Assembly (NCBI GenBank): GCA_964016885.1
Contig: OZ024756.1
Coordinates: forward strand, 41,230,001-41,294,000
DNA length: 64,000 nucleotides
From: Eledone cirrhosa
Taxonomy: Eukaryota
Reading direction: 5' to 3'
The notes under the pieces are model-generated. The model was not told where the DNA came from. It saw only the letters and a program-made list of their open reading frames with translations, and made no database searches. How positions within the stretch are numbered: the stretch's first letter is position 1; every line of letters begins with the position of its first letter. Shown one piece after another: positions 28,301 through 41,851 of this stretch. The position numbers and the translations under genes were made by a program.

Positions 28301-31300
28301 TCTACCAAGATACTGGTCACTACAGTTTTAATGACTCTACCAAGATACTGGTCACTACAGTTCTAATGACTCTACCAAGATACTGGTCACTACAGTTTTA
28401 ATGACTCTACCAAGATACTGGTCACTACAGTTTTAATGACTCTACCAAGATACTGGTCACTACAGTTTTAATGACTCTACCAAGATACTGGTCACTACAG
28501 TTCTAATGACTCTACCAAGATACTGGTCACTACAGTTCTAATGACTCTACCAAGATACTGGTCACTACAGTTCTAATGACTCTACCAAGATACTGGTCAC
28601 TACAGTTCTAATGACTCTACCAAGATACTGGTCACTACAGTTTTAATGACTCTACCAAGATACTGGTCACTACAGTTTTAATGACTCTACCAAGATACTG
28701 GTCACTACAGTTTTAATGACTCTACCAAGATACTGGTCACTACAGTTCTAATGACTCTACCAAGATACTGGTCACTACAGTTTTAATGACTCTACCAAGA
28801 TACTGGTCATTACAGTTCTAATGACTCTACCAAGATACTGGTCACTACAGTTCTAATGACTCTACAAGATACTGGTCACTACAGTTTCTAATGACTCTAC
28901 CAAGATACTGGTCACTACAGTTCTAATGACTCTACCAAGATACTGGTCACTACAGTTTTAATGACTCTACCAAGATACTGGTCACTACAGTTTTAATGAC
29001 TCTACCAAGATACTGGTCACTACAGTTTTAATGACTCTACCAAGATACTGGTCACTACAGTTTTAATGACTCTACCAAGATACTGGTCACTACAGTTTTA
29101 ATGACTCTACCAAGATACTGGTCACTACAGTTTTAATGACTCTACCAAGATACTGGTCACTACAGTTTTAATGACTCTACCAAGATACTGGTCACTACAG
29201 TTTTAATGACTCTACCAAGATACTGGTCACTACAGTTTTAATGACTCTACCAAGATACTGGTCACTACAGTTTTAATGACTCTACCAAGATACTGGTCAC
29301 TACAGTTTTAATGACTCTACCAAGATACTGGTCACTACAGTTCTAATGACTCTACCAAGATATTGGTCACTACAGTTCTAATGACTCTACCAAGATACTG
29401 GTCATTACAGTTCTAATGACTCTACCAAGATACTGGTCACTACAGTTCTAATGACTCTACCAAGATACTGGTCACTACAGTTTTAATGACTCTACCAAGA
29501 TACTGGTCACTACAGTTCTAATGACTCTACCAAGATACTGGTCACTACAGTTTTAATGACTCTACCAAGATACTGGTCATTACAGTTCTAATGACTCTAC
29601 CAAGATACTGGTCACTACAGTTCTAATGACTCTACCAAGATATTGGTCACTACAGTTTTAATGACTCTACCAAGATACTGGTCACTACAGTTTTAATGAC
29701 TCTACCAAGATACTGGTCACTACAGTTCTAATGACTCTACCAAGATACTGGTCACTACAGTTTTAATGACTCTACCAAGATACTGGTCACTACAGTTCTA
29801 ATGACCCTACCAAGATACTGGTCACTACAGTTCTAATGACTCTACCAAGATACTGGTCACTACAGTTTTAATGACTCTACCAAGATACTGGTCACTACAG
29901 TTCTAATGACCCTACCAAGATACTGGTCACTACAGTTCTAATGACTCTACCAAGATACTGGTCACTACAGTTTTAATGACTCTACCAAGATACTGGTCAC
30001 TACAGTTCTAATGACCCTACCAAGATACTGGTCACTACAGTTCTAATGACTCTACCAAGATACTGGTCACTACAGTTTTAATGACTCTACCAAGATACTG
30101 GTCACTACAGTTCTAATGACTCTACCAAGATACTGGTCACTACAGTTTTAATGACTCTACCAAGATACTGGTCACTACAGTTTTAATGACTCTACCAAGA
30201 TACTGGTCACTACAGTTCTAATGACCCTACCAAGATACTGGTCACTACAGTTCTAATGACTCTACCAAGATATTGGTCACTACAGTTCTAATGACTCTAC
30301 CAAGATACTGGTCACTACAGTTTTAATGACTCTACCAAGATACTGGTCACTACAGTTCTAATGACCCTACCAAGATACTGGTCACTACAGTTCTAATGAC
30401 CCTACCAAGATACTGGTCACTACAGTTCTAATGACCCTACCAAGATACTGGTCACTACAGTTCTAATGACTCTACCAAGATACTGGTCACTACAGTTTTA
30501 ATGACTCTACCAAGATACTGGTCACTACAGTTCTAATGACCCTACCAAGATACTGGTCACTACAGTTTTAATGACTCTACCAAGATACTGGTCACTACAG
30601 TTCTAATGACTCTACCAAGATACTGGTCACTACAGTTTTAATGACTCTACCAAGATACTGGTCACTACAGTTCTAATGACCCTACCAAGATACTGGTCAC
30701 TACAGTTCTAATGACTCTACCAAGATACTGGTCACTACAGTTCTAATGACTCTACCAAGATATTGGTCACTACAGTTCTAATGACTCTACCAAGATATTG
30801 GTCACTACAGTTCTAATGACCCTACCAAGATACTAGTCACTACAGTTCTAATGACTCTACCAAGATATTGGTCACTACAGTTCTAATGACTCTACCAAGA
30901 TATTGGTCACTACAGTTCTAATGACTCTACCAAGATACTAGTCACTACAGTTCTAATGACTCTACCAAGATATTGGTCACTACAGTTCTAATGACTCTAC
31001 CAAGATATTGGTCACTACAGTTCTAATGACTCTACCAAGATACTAGTCACTACAGTTCTAATGACTCTACCAAGATACTAGTCACTACAGTTCTAATGAC
31101 TCTACCAAGATATTGGTCACTACAGTTCTAATGACTCTACCAAGATATTGGTCACTACAGTTCTAATGACTCTACCAAGATACTAGTCACTACAGTTCTA
31201 ATGACTCTACCAAGATACTGGTCACTACAGTTCTAATGACTCTACCAAGATACTGGTCACTACAGTTCTAATGACTCTACCAAGATACTGGTCATTACAG

Positions 31301-31362
31301 TTCTAATGACTCTACCAAGATACTGGTCACTACAGTTCTAATGACCCTACCAAGATACTGGC
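25336..31362. repeat. 35-bp satellite, ~172 copies (GGTCACTACAGTTCTAATGACTCTACCAAGATACT)
   Basis: The register recurs every 420 bp (12 x 35). Only a few diagnostic substitutions and no spacers. Confidence 0.97.
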
Positions 31363-31789
31363 TACTGTTTGCCACTACAGCAATGATTAAGTTACTTATT
31401 CTAATGAGAAAAATGACATAACACCTTATCAGGTGAGTTAGTAGCAATACTAAATTCCCCAGCTTGTGATGGGAGCTTCCTACATATAGTCGCTCAACCT
31501 GTTTTAGTATTATTTTGTTTTCGGCGGGTAGTGGCTGGTGGTGTTACTCTTTACATATTGTACCACATTAAACTATTTTAGTAAGACATTCTTGAAAAAC
31601 ATAAAGCAGTTTTATGACTGCATCGCATTAAATATTGAAGTCTTTACTTTATTACAAAATTTCAACATAAATCTTTCCTCTAGTAAAGACGCTATAAACA
31701 TTTGGATTAATAAACCACAAGAAACTACTTTGGCTTGATCTTATTGAAAAATATGAAACTATATGGTGTGGTAAATAAATATATACATG

Positions 31790-32010
31790 TTGCGTAGGTA
31801 ACACGGTAAAAAGCTTCCAGTCCACACTGTAAATGTGGTTGGGGTTAGGAAGGGCATCCAGCCGTAGAAAACCTGCCAGAAACAGTCCTATACAAGCGAG
31901 ACACGGTCACCCGATCAATCTTGCCTCAAGTGGGACAATTCCCGTCTAACCCATGCTAGTGTAGAAGATAGACGTTAAACGATGATGATGATGATGATGA
32001 TGATGATGAT
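31790..32010 (+). mobile_element. SINE with RTE-like 3' end and (GAT)n tail
   Basis: CCAGTCCACACTGTAAA.GTGGTTGG.GTTAGGAAGGGCATCCAGCCGTAGAAAAC...CCCATGCTAG...GACGTTAAACGATGATG. Confidence 0.8.
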
Positions 32011-32214
32011 ACACCAGGTCCAAACACAATGGAACCAAACTCCACTGTCATTGCCTCCGTCTCTCCTGCTCTCTCCATCTCTCACTATTATAAGCAAATG
32101 GGGGCCCACGTGCTGGCCGCGACCCCAGTGGACAGACTAGAGAAGGCGTTTCCCAGGAGGATGGTGAAGGAGACACGCTGAAAGAGCTATTTCAGCTCGT
32201 GAGGCTCACATTTG

Positions 32215-32530
32215 CAGGTAGCCAACTCTGTGCCATTAGTATTGAGTAGGGAGGTGTCCCTAGGGCCAAGGACACCAGAAGTCTCCACTGCTACAGGTAG
32301 CCAACTCTGTGCCATTAGTATTGAGTAGGGAGGTAACCCTAGGGCCAAGGACACCAGAAGTCTCCACTGCTACAGGTAGCCAACTCTGTGCCATTAGTAT
32401 TGAGTAGGGAGGTGTCCCTAGGGCCAAGGACACCAGAAGTCTCCACTGCTACAGGTAGCCAACTCTGTGCCATTAGTATTGAGTAGGGAGGTGTCCCTAG
32501 GGCCAAGGACACCAGAAGTCTCCACTGCTA
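32215..32530. repeat. 79-bp minisatellite, 4 copies
   Basis: Units start at 32215, 32294, 32373 and 32452. Confidence 0.95.
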
Positions 32531-32789
32531 ATGGTTCAACCGACCGCATCACATTAAAAATGAAAGACTTTAGTTTCATTTACTGCAAATGTTCACAACA
32601 ATTTGTCCATTAGTAAAGATACTATAAACATTTGAACCAACAAATCCCATGAAACTACATCAGTAAGACTGAATTTGCTAGTGTGCCATTCCTGGCTACA
32701 GTTTGTCCTTGGAGGTTTTCAAGCAGTTGTTACATTGTTGTTGTTGTTGTTGTTGTTGTTTAGCCCTAGGTCAATATTTCAAGTAGGCA

Positions 32790-33030
32790 GAGGACAGAGA
32801 ATTGGCTAAATCGGTAGAGTGTCAGACAAAATGCTTTGTGGCATTTAGTTATGTCCCTTTATGTTCTGAGTTCAAATCCTGTTAAGGACAACTTTGCCTT
32901 TCATCCGTTCAGGATGGAAGGGGGTTGATAAAATAAAGTACCCGTCATATAATTGGGCTGGTGTAAAAAACTGCCTCCCACCCCACCACTCACAAACTAC
33001 TGGCCCTGTGCTAAAATTAGAAGTCATTGT
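32790..33030 (+). mobile_element. Meta-like SINE, diverged, near full length
   Basis: TTGGCTAAATCGGTAGAG A-box, GAGTTCAAATCC B-box, and CTTTGCCTTTCATCC..GGGGTTGATAAAATAAAGTACC. Confidence 0.7.
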
Positions 33031-33227
33031 TACTAATTACAATTGTAAACGAGAAAATTACATTGTTATTTGGTCATTCACTTGTTTTTATTGTTTTTAT
33101 TGTTGTTTTCTCATAATTAATGGTGTAATTAAAAGACACACCTTCTGTTCCAAATTACTACAAAATGCCGCACACACGATTTCCATAAAACAGGAGCAGC
33201 TGCTACAAAGAATCAAACTTTGGAATT

Positions 33228-34658
33228 TGATTCTTTGTACTAGCTACAGCCACCTTTCTATATATATAGGGGTATTTTACCTGATTCTTGTACTAACTAC
33301 AGCCACCTTTCTCTATATATAGGGGTATTTTACCTGATTCTTGTACTAGCTACAGCCACCTTTCTCTATATATAGGGGTATTTTACCTGATTCTTGTACT
33401 AGCTACAGCCACCTTTCTCTATATATAGGGGTATTTTACCTCATTCTTGTACTAGCTACAGCCACCTTTCTCTATATATAGGGGTATTTTACCTGATTCT
33501 TGTACTAGCTACAGCCACCTTTCTCTATATATAGGGGTATTTTACCTGATTCTTGTACTAGCTACAGCCACCTTTCTCTATATATAGGGGTATTTTACCT
33601 CATTCTTGTACTAGCTACAGCCACCTTTCTCTATATATAGGGGTATTTTACCTGATTCTTGTACTAGCTACAGCCACCTTTCTCTATATATAGGGGTATT
33701 TTACCTCATTCTTGTACTAGCTACAGCCACCTTTCTCTATATATAGGGGTATTTTACCTCATTCTTGTACTAGCTACAGCCACCTTTCTCTATATATAGG
33801 GGTATTTTACCTGATTCTTGTACTAGCTACAGCCACCTTTCTCTATATATAGGGGTATTTTACCTCATTCTTGTACTAGCTACAGCCACCTTTCTCTATA
33901 TATAGGGGTATTTTACCTCATTCTTGTACTAGCTACAGCCACCTTTCTCTATATATAGGGGTATTTTACCTCATTCTTGTACTAGCTACAGCCACCTTTC
34001 TCTATATATAGGGGTATTTTACCTCATTCTTGTACTAGCTACAGCCACCTTTCTCTATATATAGGGGTATTTTACCTCATTCTTGTACTAGCTACAGCCA
34101 CCTTTCTCTATATATAGGGGTATTTTACCTCATTCTTGTACTAGCTACAGCCACCTTTCTCTATATATAGGGGTATTTTACCTCATTCTTGTACTAGCTA
34201 CAGCCACCTTTCTCTATATATAGGGGTATTTTACCTCATTCTTGTACTAGCTACAGCCACCTTTCTCTATATATAGGGGTATTTTACCTCATTCTTGTAC
34301 TAGCTACAGCCACCTTTCTCTATATATAGGGGTATTTTACCTCATTCTTGTACTAGCTACAGCCACCTTTCTCTATATATAGGGGTATTTTACCTCATTC
34401 TTGTACTAGCTACAGCCACCTTTCTCTATATATAGGGGTATTTTACCTGATTCTTGTACTAGCTACAGCCACCTTTCTCTATATATAGGGGTATTTTACC
34501 TCATTCTTGTACTAGCTACAGCCACCTTTCTCTATATATAGGGGTATTTTACCTCATTCTTGTACTAGCTACAGCCACCTTTCTCTATATATAGGGGTAT
34601 TTTACCTGATTCTTGTACTAGCTGTAGGCCACTTCTCTCTCTCTATATATAGGGGTAT
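33228..34658. repeat. 53-bp minisatellite, ~27 copies
   Basis: Unit TTCTTGTACTAGCTACAGCCACCTTTCTCTATATATAGGGGTATTTTACCT(C/G)A. Confidence 0.97.
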
Positions 34659-35155
34659 AGTCTTATTCATTATAAATTGTTTTGACCAGCACATTTATTG
34701 ATGTATAATCATTAAAAGAAGGTCTTCCATTGTTTAAAAGAGAAAGAGAGCCATAAATAAAGGCATCACATACAACAGGGTCCCTTTCTCTACATTAAAT
34801 AGCTCCTGCTCTAACTGGTTTCAGCATGGATGCTCCACCGACCTACCACTCCTTCCAGTGAGAAAACAATTGTTTGCAGTGTTTCACCTTCCATTTAGCC
34901 AGTCAGTTTGATTGGAGGCATTCCTATAGAGTACACCTCTCACACACTGGCAGCTGACTGTAACTAGAGAGTAAGGCATGTTCCCCTCTCTCACTCTGTC
35001 TATCACTACCAAACTCCCCCCTCTCTATATCTACCATACAACACTCTTTCCCAATCCCCCTCTCTATATCAATTAACACCAAACTCTCCCCCTCTCTATA
35101 TCTACTACATGGAACTCTCTTCCAATCCCCCTCTCTATATCAATTAACACCAAAC

Positions 35156-36267
35156 GATGCGTAGACACGCATTAAGGCTACGGCACCTCCAGGTATTCCT
35201 CACCGGTCAGCCGGTGTGGGCCCTGTTTGTGAGGCGAGCCTTTCCGAGACTCGTCTCACTCACCGAGCTGCAATCCTGGGTCAAGCAAAGACCGAGAAAA
35301 GTGGGCGACTGGCACATTGAATGTGCCCAGGCGCTCACGGCCCTCTGGCAAGCGGATCCGGCAATCAGTGGAGACTCAACCTCAACATTCTATAGAGGGT
35401 TGGTGCGCAGTAAGTGCGACGACGCTCTCGGAGAGGCTCTGGGCATGGAGGAAGACGAGCTGGCCAGTCTGTTCGGTAGGACGTTTGGCCCGGGACCGAT
35501 GGACAACTTCCAAAAGTCCCTGGCTTGGCAATGTTACCGAGGAGCTCTACCCGTTCGGGACAAGCTCTACAGACACGGGCGCCCGGGTAGGGACCCCTCG
35601 AAGAAGATCTGTCCAAGATGCGTGCGGGACGAAGAAACCGTCGCACACGCATTCGTACACTGCCCGGGCGTTGCTGACCTGTGGGGCTATGTAGAACGAC
35701 TACTGTCGCGGGTGGGACCAATCCGGTTGACCACCGAGAACATTGTCACAATCAAACCGCCTCCCCCTTTCAAAAACGAAGGAGAGGCGGTTTTCCTCTG
35801 TGTGATAGCCATGGCGAAAGAAGTTGTATGGTGGACAAGGTTGAAAGGGCTGAGGTCAGACACCTATCTCTCCGGCCAACAACTGGTCTTTTTTTTCAAG
35901 TACCACTTTAGAAGAAGGATCAGAATGGATAGAGAGGTGCTCTACCCCAGCAAGTTTTATGAAAGATGGGTGAAAGTAGCGAGAATGGCCCGAGTGAATG
36001 GGCCTTCTCTCTATATCAGCCTGTAGGTGAGAGAGGAGAAGAATGAGAAGAGGAGGGAAGCACCCGCTCTTTGTGCTCCTGAAGAGGAGGGTTGCACATT
36101 TTTTCGGGGGTGTGTGCGACCCATGTCAACGCCCCTCCCTATTGAGGACATCGATTGTTAAATTTAATTTGTTATATGTTTTTTACACGTCTTTTTAAAT
36201 GTATGTAAACTCCCCCCTTTGTATTTGTCCCAATCTTTGATGCCCTGGTGGCAAATAAATAGAAATA
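35156..36267 (+). mobile_element. 5'-truncated Tx1/L1-clade LINE insertion with 20-bp TSD
   Basis: GC-rich insert flanked by TATATCAATTAACACCAAAC at 35136-35155 and 36268-36287. The 3' UTR has AATAAA near 36254. Confidence 0.88.
35157..36026 (+). CDS. Tx1/L1-type ORF2 C-terminal fragment with zf-RVT zinc finger (289 codons, uninterrupted, truncated)
   Basis: LAWQCYRGALPVRDKL...CPRC..DEETVAHAFVHC..VADLW fits zf-RVT. The ATG lies at the truncation point, so it is probably not a native start. Confidence 0.8.
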   Translation: MRRHALRLRHLQVFLTGQPVWALFVRRAFPRLVSLTELQSWVKQRPRKVGDWHIECAQALTALWQADPAISGDSTSTFYRGLVRSKCDDALGEALGMEEDELASLFGRTFGPGPMDNFQKSLAWQCYRGALPVRDKLYRHGRPGRDPSKKICPRCVRDEETVAHAFVHCPGVADLWGYVERLLSRVGPIRLTTENIVTIKPPPPFKNEGEAVFLCVIAMAKEVVWWTRLKGLRSDTYLSGQQLVFFFKYHFRRRIRMDREVLYPSKFYERWVKVARMARVNGPSLYISL

Positions 36268-36436
36268 TATATCAATTAACACCAAACTCTTCCCCTCCCT
36301 ATATCTACTACACTTCCTGCCAAAAATATATTTTACCTCCTTCAGGGCCCAACTAAGGGGCATATTAACTAAGGGCCTCATTGGTCCTAAACCCGGTACT
36401 GGCTTTGCGTTAATCTTTCCGCCTCTCTGGACTCTA

Positions 36437-37230
36437 TCTGTCTATCTATCTACCAGTCTACGTTAGTCTGTCTATCTATCTACCAGTCTACGTTAGTCTG
36501 TCTATCTATCTACCAGTCTATGTTAGTCTGTCTATCTATCTACCAGTCTACGTTAGCCTGTCTATCTATCAACCAGTCTACGTTAGTCTGTCTATCTATC
36601 TACCAGTCTACGTTAGTCTGTCTATCTATCTACCAGTCTACGTTAGCCTGTCTATCTATCTACCAGTCTACGTTAGCCTGTCTATCTATCTACCAGTCTA
36701 CGTTAGTCTGTCTATCTATCTACCAGTCTACGTTAGCCTGTCTATCTATCTACCAGTCTACGTTAGCCTGTCTATCTATCTACCAGTCTACGTTAGCCTG
36801 TCTATCTATCTACCAGTCTACGTTAGCCTGTCTATCTATCTACCAGTCTACGTTAGCCTGTCTATCTATCTACCAGTCTACGTTAGCCTGTCTATCTATC
36901 TACCAGTCTACGTTAGCCTGTCTATCTATCTACCAGTCTACGTTAGCCTGTCTATCTATCTACCAGTCTACGTTAGCCTGTCTATCTATCTACCAGTCTA
37001 TGTTAGTCTGTCTATCTACCAGTCTACGTTAGTCTGTCTATCTACCAGTCTACGTTAGCCTGTCTATCTATCTACCAGTCTACGTTAGTCTGTCTATCTA
37101 CCAGTCTATGTTAGTCTGTCTATCTACCAGTCTACGTTAGTCTGTCTATCTATCTACCAGTCTACGTTAGCCTGTCTATCTATCTACCAGTCTACGTTAG
37201 TCTGTCTATCTGTCTATCGATCTACCAGTC
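36437..37230. repeat. 30-bp minisatellite (TCTATCTATCTACCAGTCTACGTTAG(C/T)CTG)n
   Basis: Directly visible; explains ORF 36520..37032. Confidence 0.95.
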
Positions 37231-37309
37231 TATCTATTGCCCCGTCTGTCTCTCCGTACTTTAGTTAGTCTGTCTGTCTATCTATTGCCCCGTACGTTTG
37301 TGTCTGTCT

Positions 37310-38280
37310 CTCCATATGTTAGCCTGTCTATCAGTCTATCAGTACGTTAGCCTGTCTATCAGTCTCTCTGTACGTTAGCCTGTCTATCAGTCTGTCACTA
37401 CGTTAGCCTGTCTATCAATCTGTCTGTACGTTAGCCTGTCTATCAGTCTGTCAGTACGTTAGCCTGTCTATCAGTCTGTCTGTACGTTAGCCTGTCTATC
37501 AGTCTGTCAGTACGTTAGCCTGTCTATCAGTCTGTCTGTACGTTAGCCTGTCTATTAGTCTGTCAGTACGTTAGCCTGTCTATCAGTCTGTCAGTACGTT
37601 AGCCTGTCTATCAGTCTATCAGTACGTTAGCCTGTCTATCAGTCTATCAGTACGTTAGCCTGTCTATCAGTCTGTCAGTACGTTAGCCTGTCTATCAGTC
37701 TATCAGTACGTTAGCCTGTCTATCAGTCTATCAGTACGTTAGCCTGTCTATCAGTCTATCAGTACGTTAGCCTGTCTATCTGTCTCTCTGTACGTTAGCC
37801 TGTCTATCAGTCTATCAGTACGTTAGCCTGTCTATCAGTCTGTCAGTACGTTAGCCTGTCTATCAGTCTATCAGTACGTTAGCCTGTCTATCAGTCTATC
37901 AGTACGTTAGCCTGTCTATCAGTCTATCAGTACGTTAGCCTGTCTATCTGTCTCTCTGTACGTTAGCCTGTCTATCAGTCTATCAGTACGTTAGCCTGTC
38001 TATCAGTCTGTCAGTACGTTAGCCTGTCTATCAGTCTATCAGTACGTTAGCCTGTCTATCAGTCTATCAGTACGTTAGCCTGTCTATCAGTCTGTCAGTA
38101 CGTTAGCCTGTCTATCAGTCTGTCAGTACGTTAGCCTGTCTATCAGTCTATCAGTACGTTAGCCTGTCTATCTGTCTCTCTGTACGTTAGCCTGTCTATC
38201 AGTCTATCAGTACGTTAGCCTGTCTATCAGTCTATCAGTACGTTAGCCTGTCTATCTGTCTGTCTCTATGTTAGTCTGCC
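37310..38280. repeat. 28-bp minisatellite (TACGTTAGCCTGTCTATCAGTCT(A/G)TCAG)n
   Basis: Period 28 (e.g. 37623, 37651). Shares TACGTTAGCCTGTCTATC with the adjacent 30-bp array. Confidence 0.95.
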
Positions 38281-39296
38281 TAGCAGTCTCACTATTTAAC
38301 AGCCTGCCTGTCTATCTAGGAACAACCTCATTATCTGACTGCCTATCCGCTCGCTGTCTCTCCATATCTCTGTATATTTGTTTATAAGAAGTATGTGATT
38401 GACGCCGAGTCTATGGTGGCGGCGGTGGTGGGTTCACGGTTGACAACGGCAGCAGTGAGAGGGAGAGTCTGATAGGGAGGGAGAGAGAGATATAAAGATA
38501 GAGTGAGACAAATACAGATAGATAGAGAGATACTAAGAAAGATAGAGAGAGACAGATACATAGAGATAGCGGAAGAGAGACATATATATAGAGAGATATA
38601 GCTAGAGAGACAGACAGATAGAGAGATACAGAGAAAGAAAGACAGCTATATATATACACACACACACACATATATATATATAGAAGGATAGAGAGAGACA
38701 GATAAAAAGAGAGATGTTAGATAAATAGAGATAGACAGATAAAAAGAGAGAGATAGAGAGAAAGAAAGAAAGACAGATAGTTAAACTGAGAGAGAGAGAG
38801 AGAGGGTTTGATAGATAAATAGATAGAGAGAGAAAGAGTAATAAAAGTGATGTTAGATAAGTTAATTGGAGGAAAGAGAGAGAGAGGCAGGGGGGGGGGT
38901 GAATGAGAGCGAGGGGGAGAAGAGTGAATGAGAGAGAGTTTCAGTCAGTGTTAGTTGAGTGTCTAGTAAAGTAACCGCCCCGAAAAACTAACGAAAGAGA
39001 AAAAATAAGGAAAATGTAGAGAGAAAGAGAGAGAGAGGAAAAGTAAGAAGACGAAGAGATGAGAGAAAGAAGCAAGGTTGTTATGTTTATGGGGGGGTTA
39101 TGTTAAGAAACATCTAACATGACTAGTAAGGGAGATATTTCGTTTTAAAGCTGGTCTTGTTACTTTCTGTGATATCTACCTACATACCTACAGACCACTT
39201 GGCCTTTTTTTTTTTCCTTTTAATTTACTTTACTTTAAAATATCCGAAACTTAACGAAGCAAATGACATCCATTTTAAAGCAGTTTTAGTTAATAT

Positions 39297-39333
<37 letters not shown>

Positions 39334-39539
39334 GTATATTGTATTTTTAAATTACTATTTTTCTTTCTTCTTCTGAGTAACCAGCGACACAAACGAACTT
39401 GCAGCCAAAAAAAAAAATATTTCATCCCACACAAACAACACCAACAAAAACACACAGGGACACAATTCCCCTTAATTTTCTTCTACTTCGTTTAAACTTT
39501 CAACTTAGGAGAGAGTTAGTCTATCTTTGCTATCTGTCT

Positions 39540-39574
<35 letters not shown>

Positions 39575-40492
39575 CAGCGAATTAAACTTTTTTGGATACT
39601 GTCAAAATGTATTGTGCCTGTTGAATATATTATACACTAATTATGGATCATATACAAGGACTAGCCGAAATGGAAGTAAGTTGCTAATTACTATTATTAA
39701 TTATTATTATTATATGAAATGTCTTGTTGGCAGTTGTCTTTATTTGGGACGATTTCATTGTAAATATCTAACTCCAGTTATATATTTGCTGTTTCATTCT
39801 TCGGTCTGTTTTCTATAAAAAAAAAGAAAAGACAGCCCTACCGTTTTCTAAATCAATCCCGTCTAATGTTTTCACTTCCACTGACTTTGTGGCAATAAAA
39901 GGACCCCTAAAAGTATATATATATATATATATTTTTTTTCCATAGTATATAACAGTTTATTACCATATAACAAATATATGATTAAATAGAAGTACATTTA
40001 TATAGAATCGATTAATTATTTCTTGTAACCTTATAAATATAACGCACAAATATATGATCAGTCTTATCAAGGGTCAATGTCCACCTTGTTATTTCATGGT
40101 TCGGGTATCACACACAGACGTGCTGGTCGATAAATTAAGTACCAGGAAAGCACAGGTGTCAATAAAATCGATATATATCCTTTCATAGGTATAGAAAAGG
40201 TTTTTATTGGTGTTGATAATATCGTTAAGTCGGTGAAACTTTTTATTACAATAGAGCCTTTTACGTAATATATTATTTGTAAGTAACAATGTTGTTGATA
40301 TATATATATATGTATTACACATAGACACACACATATATATATATAGACACACACATATATTACACACACACACATATATATATACACACACACACACGTA
40401 TCCTTTAATAACTTGATCGGTATTACTCTAAAGTGTACATATATATATCTATCTATACACACATATATATATACACACACGCAAACATATAT

Positions 40493-40566
<74 letters not shown>

Positions 40567-40670
40567 ATATACATACATATACTGTTCATAAGATACAAAG
40601 CATTTAGCTACTTAAGTATTCAATACTTCAGAAAGTAGACATATATACATACATTGTAACGTATTCCATC

Positions 40671-40738
<68 letters not shown>

Positions 40739-40869
40739 CAGTGTACACATGCCTTACATTCAGTTCTTAACACAGTAACACTACCAACATGTGTGTGTAT
40801 AATAGTTTTACCCTTTACACGGCTTGTATCTAATATATGTATATAATGTATATATATATAAAGTATACA

Positions 40870-41763
40870 TTTATACATAATGTTTGTATGTATGTATGTA
40901 TGTATATATGTATGTATGTATATATGTATGTATGTATATATGTATGTATGTATATATGTATGTATGTATATATGTATGTATGTATATATGTATGTATTTA
41001 TATATATGTATGTATTTATATATATATGTATGTATTTATATATATATGTATTTCTATATATATATGTGTGTATGTGTATCTATGTGTGTGTGTGTGTGTA
41101 TATATATGTATATAACTATCTGATGTCTGTGTGTGTGTGTGTGGCACGAACTGGACTACCTCTAAGTGGTCGTTCGACCTGCTAAAAGTAGCGACGAAAT
41201 ACTACCCAACTCCTGCCCACCCATCTTAATTAGGGCAAGGAGGGGCACCTTAGAGAGTGTAGTCCTACATACATATATCCATAAAACATAGGACTGTTGT
41301 TGGTCACCTTATTTCCATAGTATGTCCGATTTAGGTTGACAATAATGATTATGATAATGAAGGACAAAAATACCGATTTGGGTTGGGAAAAACACAGTAA
41401 CTATACACACATATTTGTGTGTGTATATATATGTATGTATATATATATGTGTGTGTGTGTATATATATGTATATATATATGTGTGTGTATATATATGTGG
41501 GTGTATATATATATATGTGTGTATGTTGGTGTCTGTATATATATGTGTGTGTACGTGTATATATATATATGTGTATATAAATGTGTGTGTCTGGGTGTAT
41601 ATATGTGTGTGTGTATATATATGTATGTATATATATGTGTGTGTGTGTATATATATATGTATATATATATGTGTGTATGTTGGTGTCTGTATATATATGT
41701 GTGTGTACGTGTATATATATATATATATATGTGTATATAAATGTGTGTGTCTGGGTGTATATA

Positions 41764-41851
<88 letters not shown>

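Noticed and set aside
25336-31362. CRISPR-like array (35-bp repeat)
   Set aside because: Units are head-to-tail with no spacers, there are no cas genes, and the context is eukaryotic.
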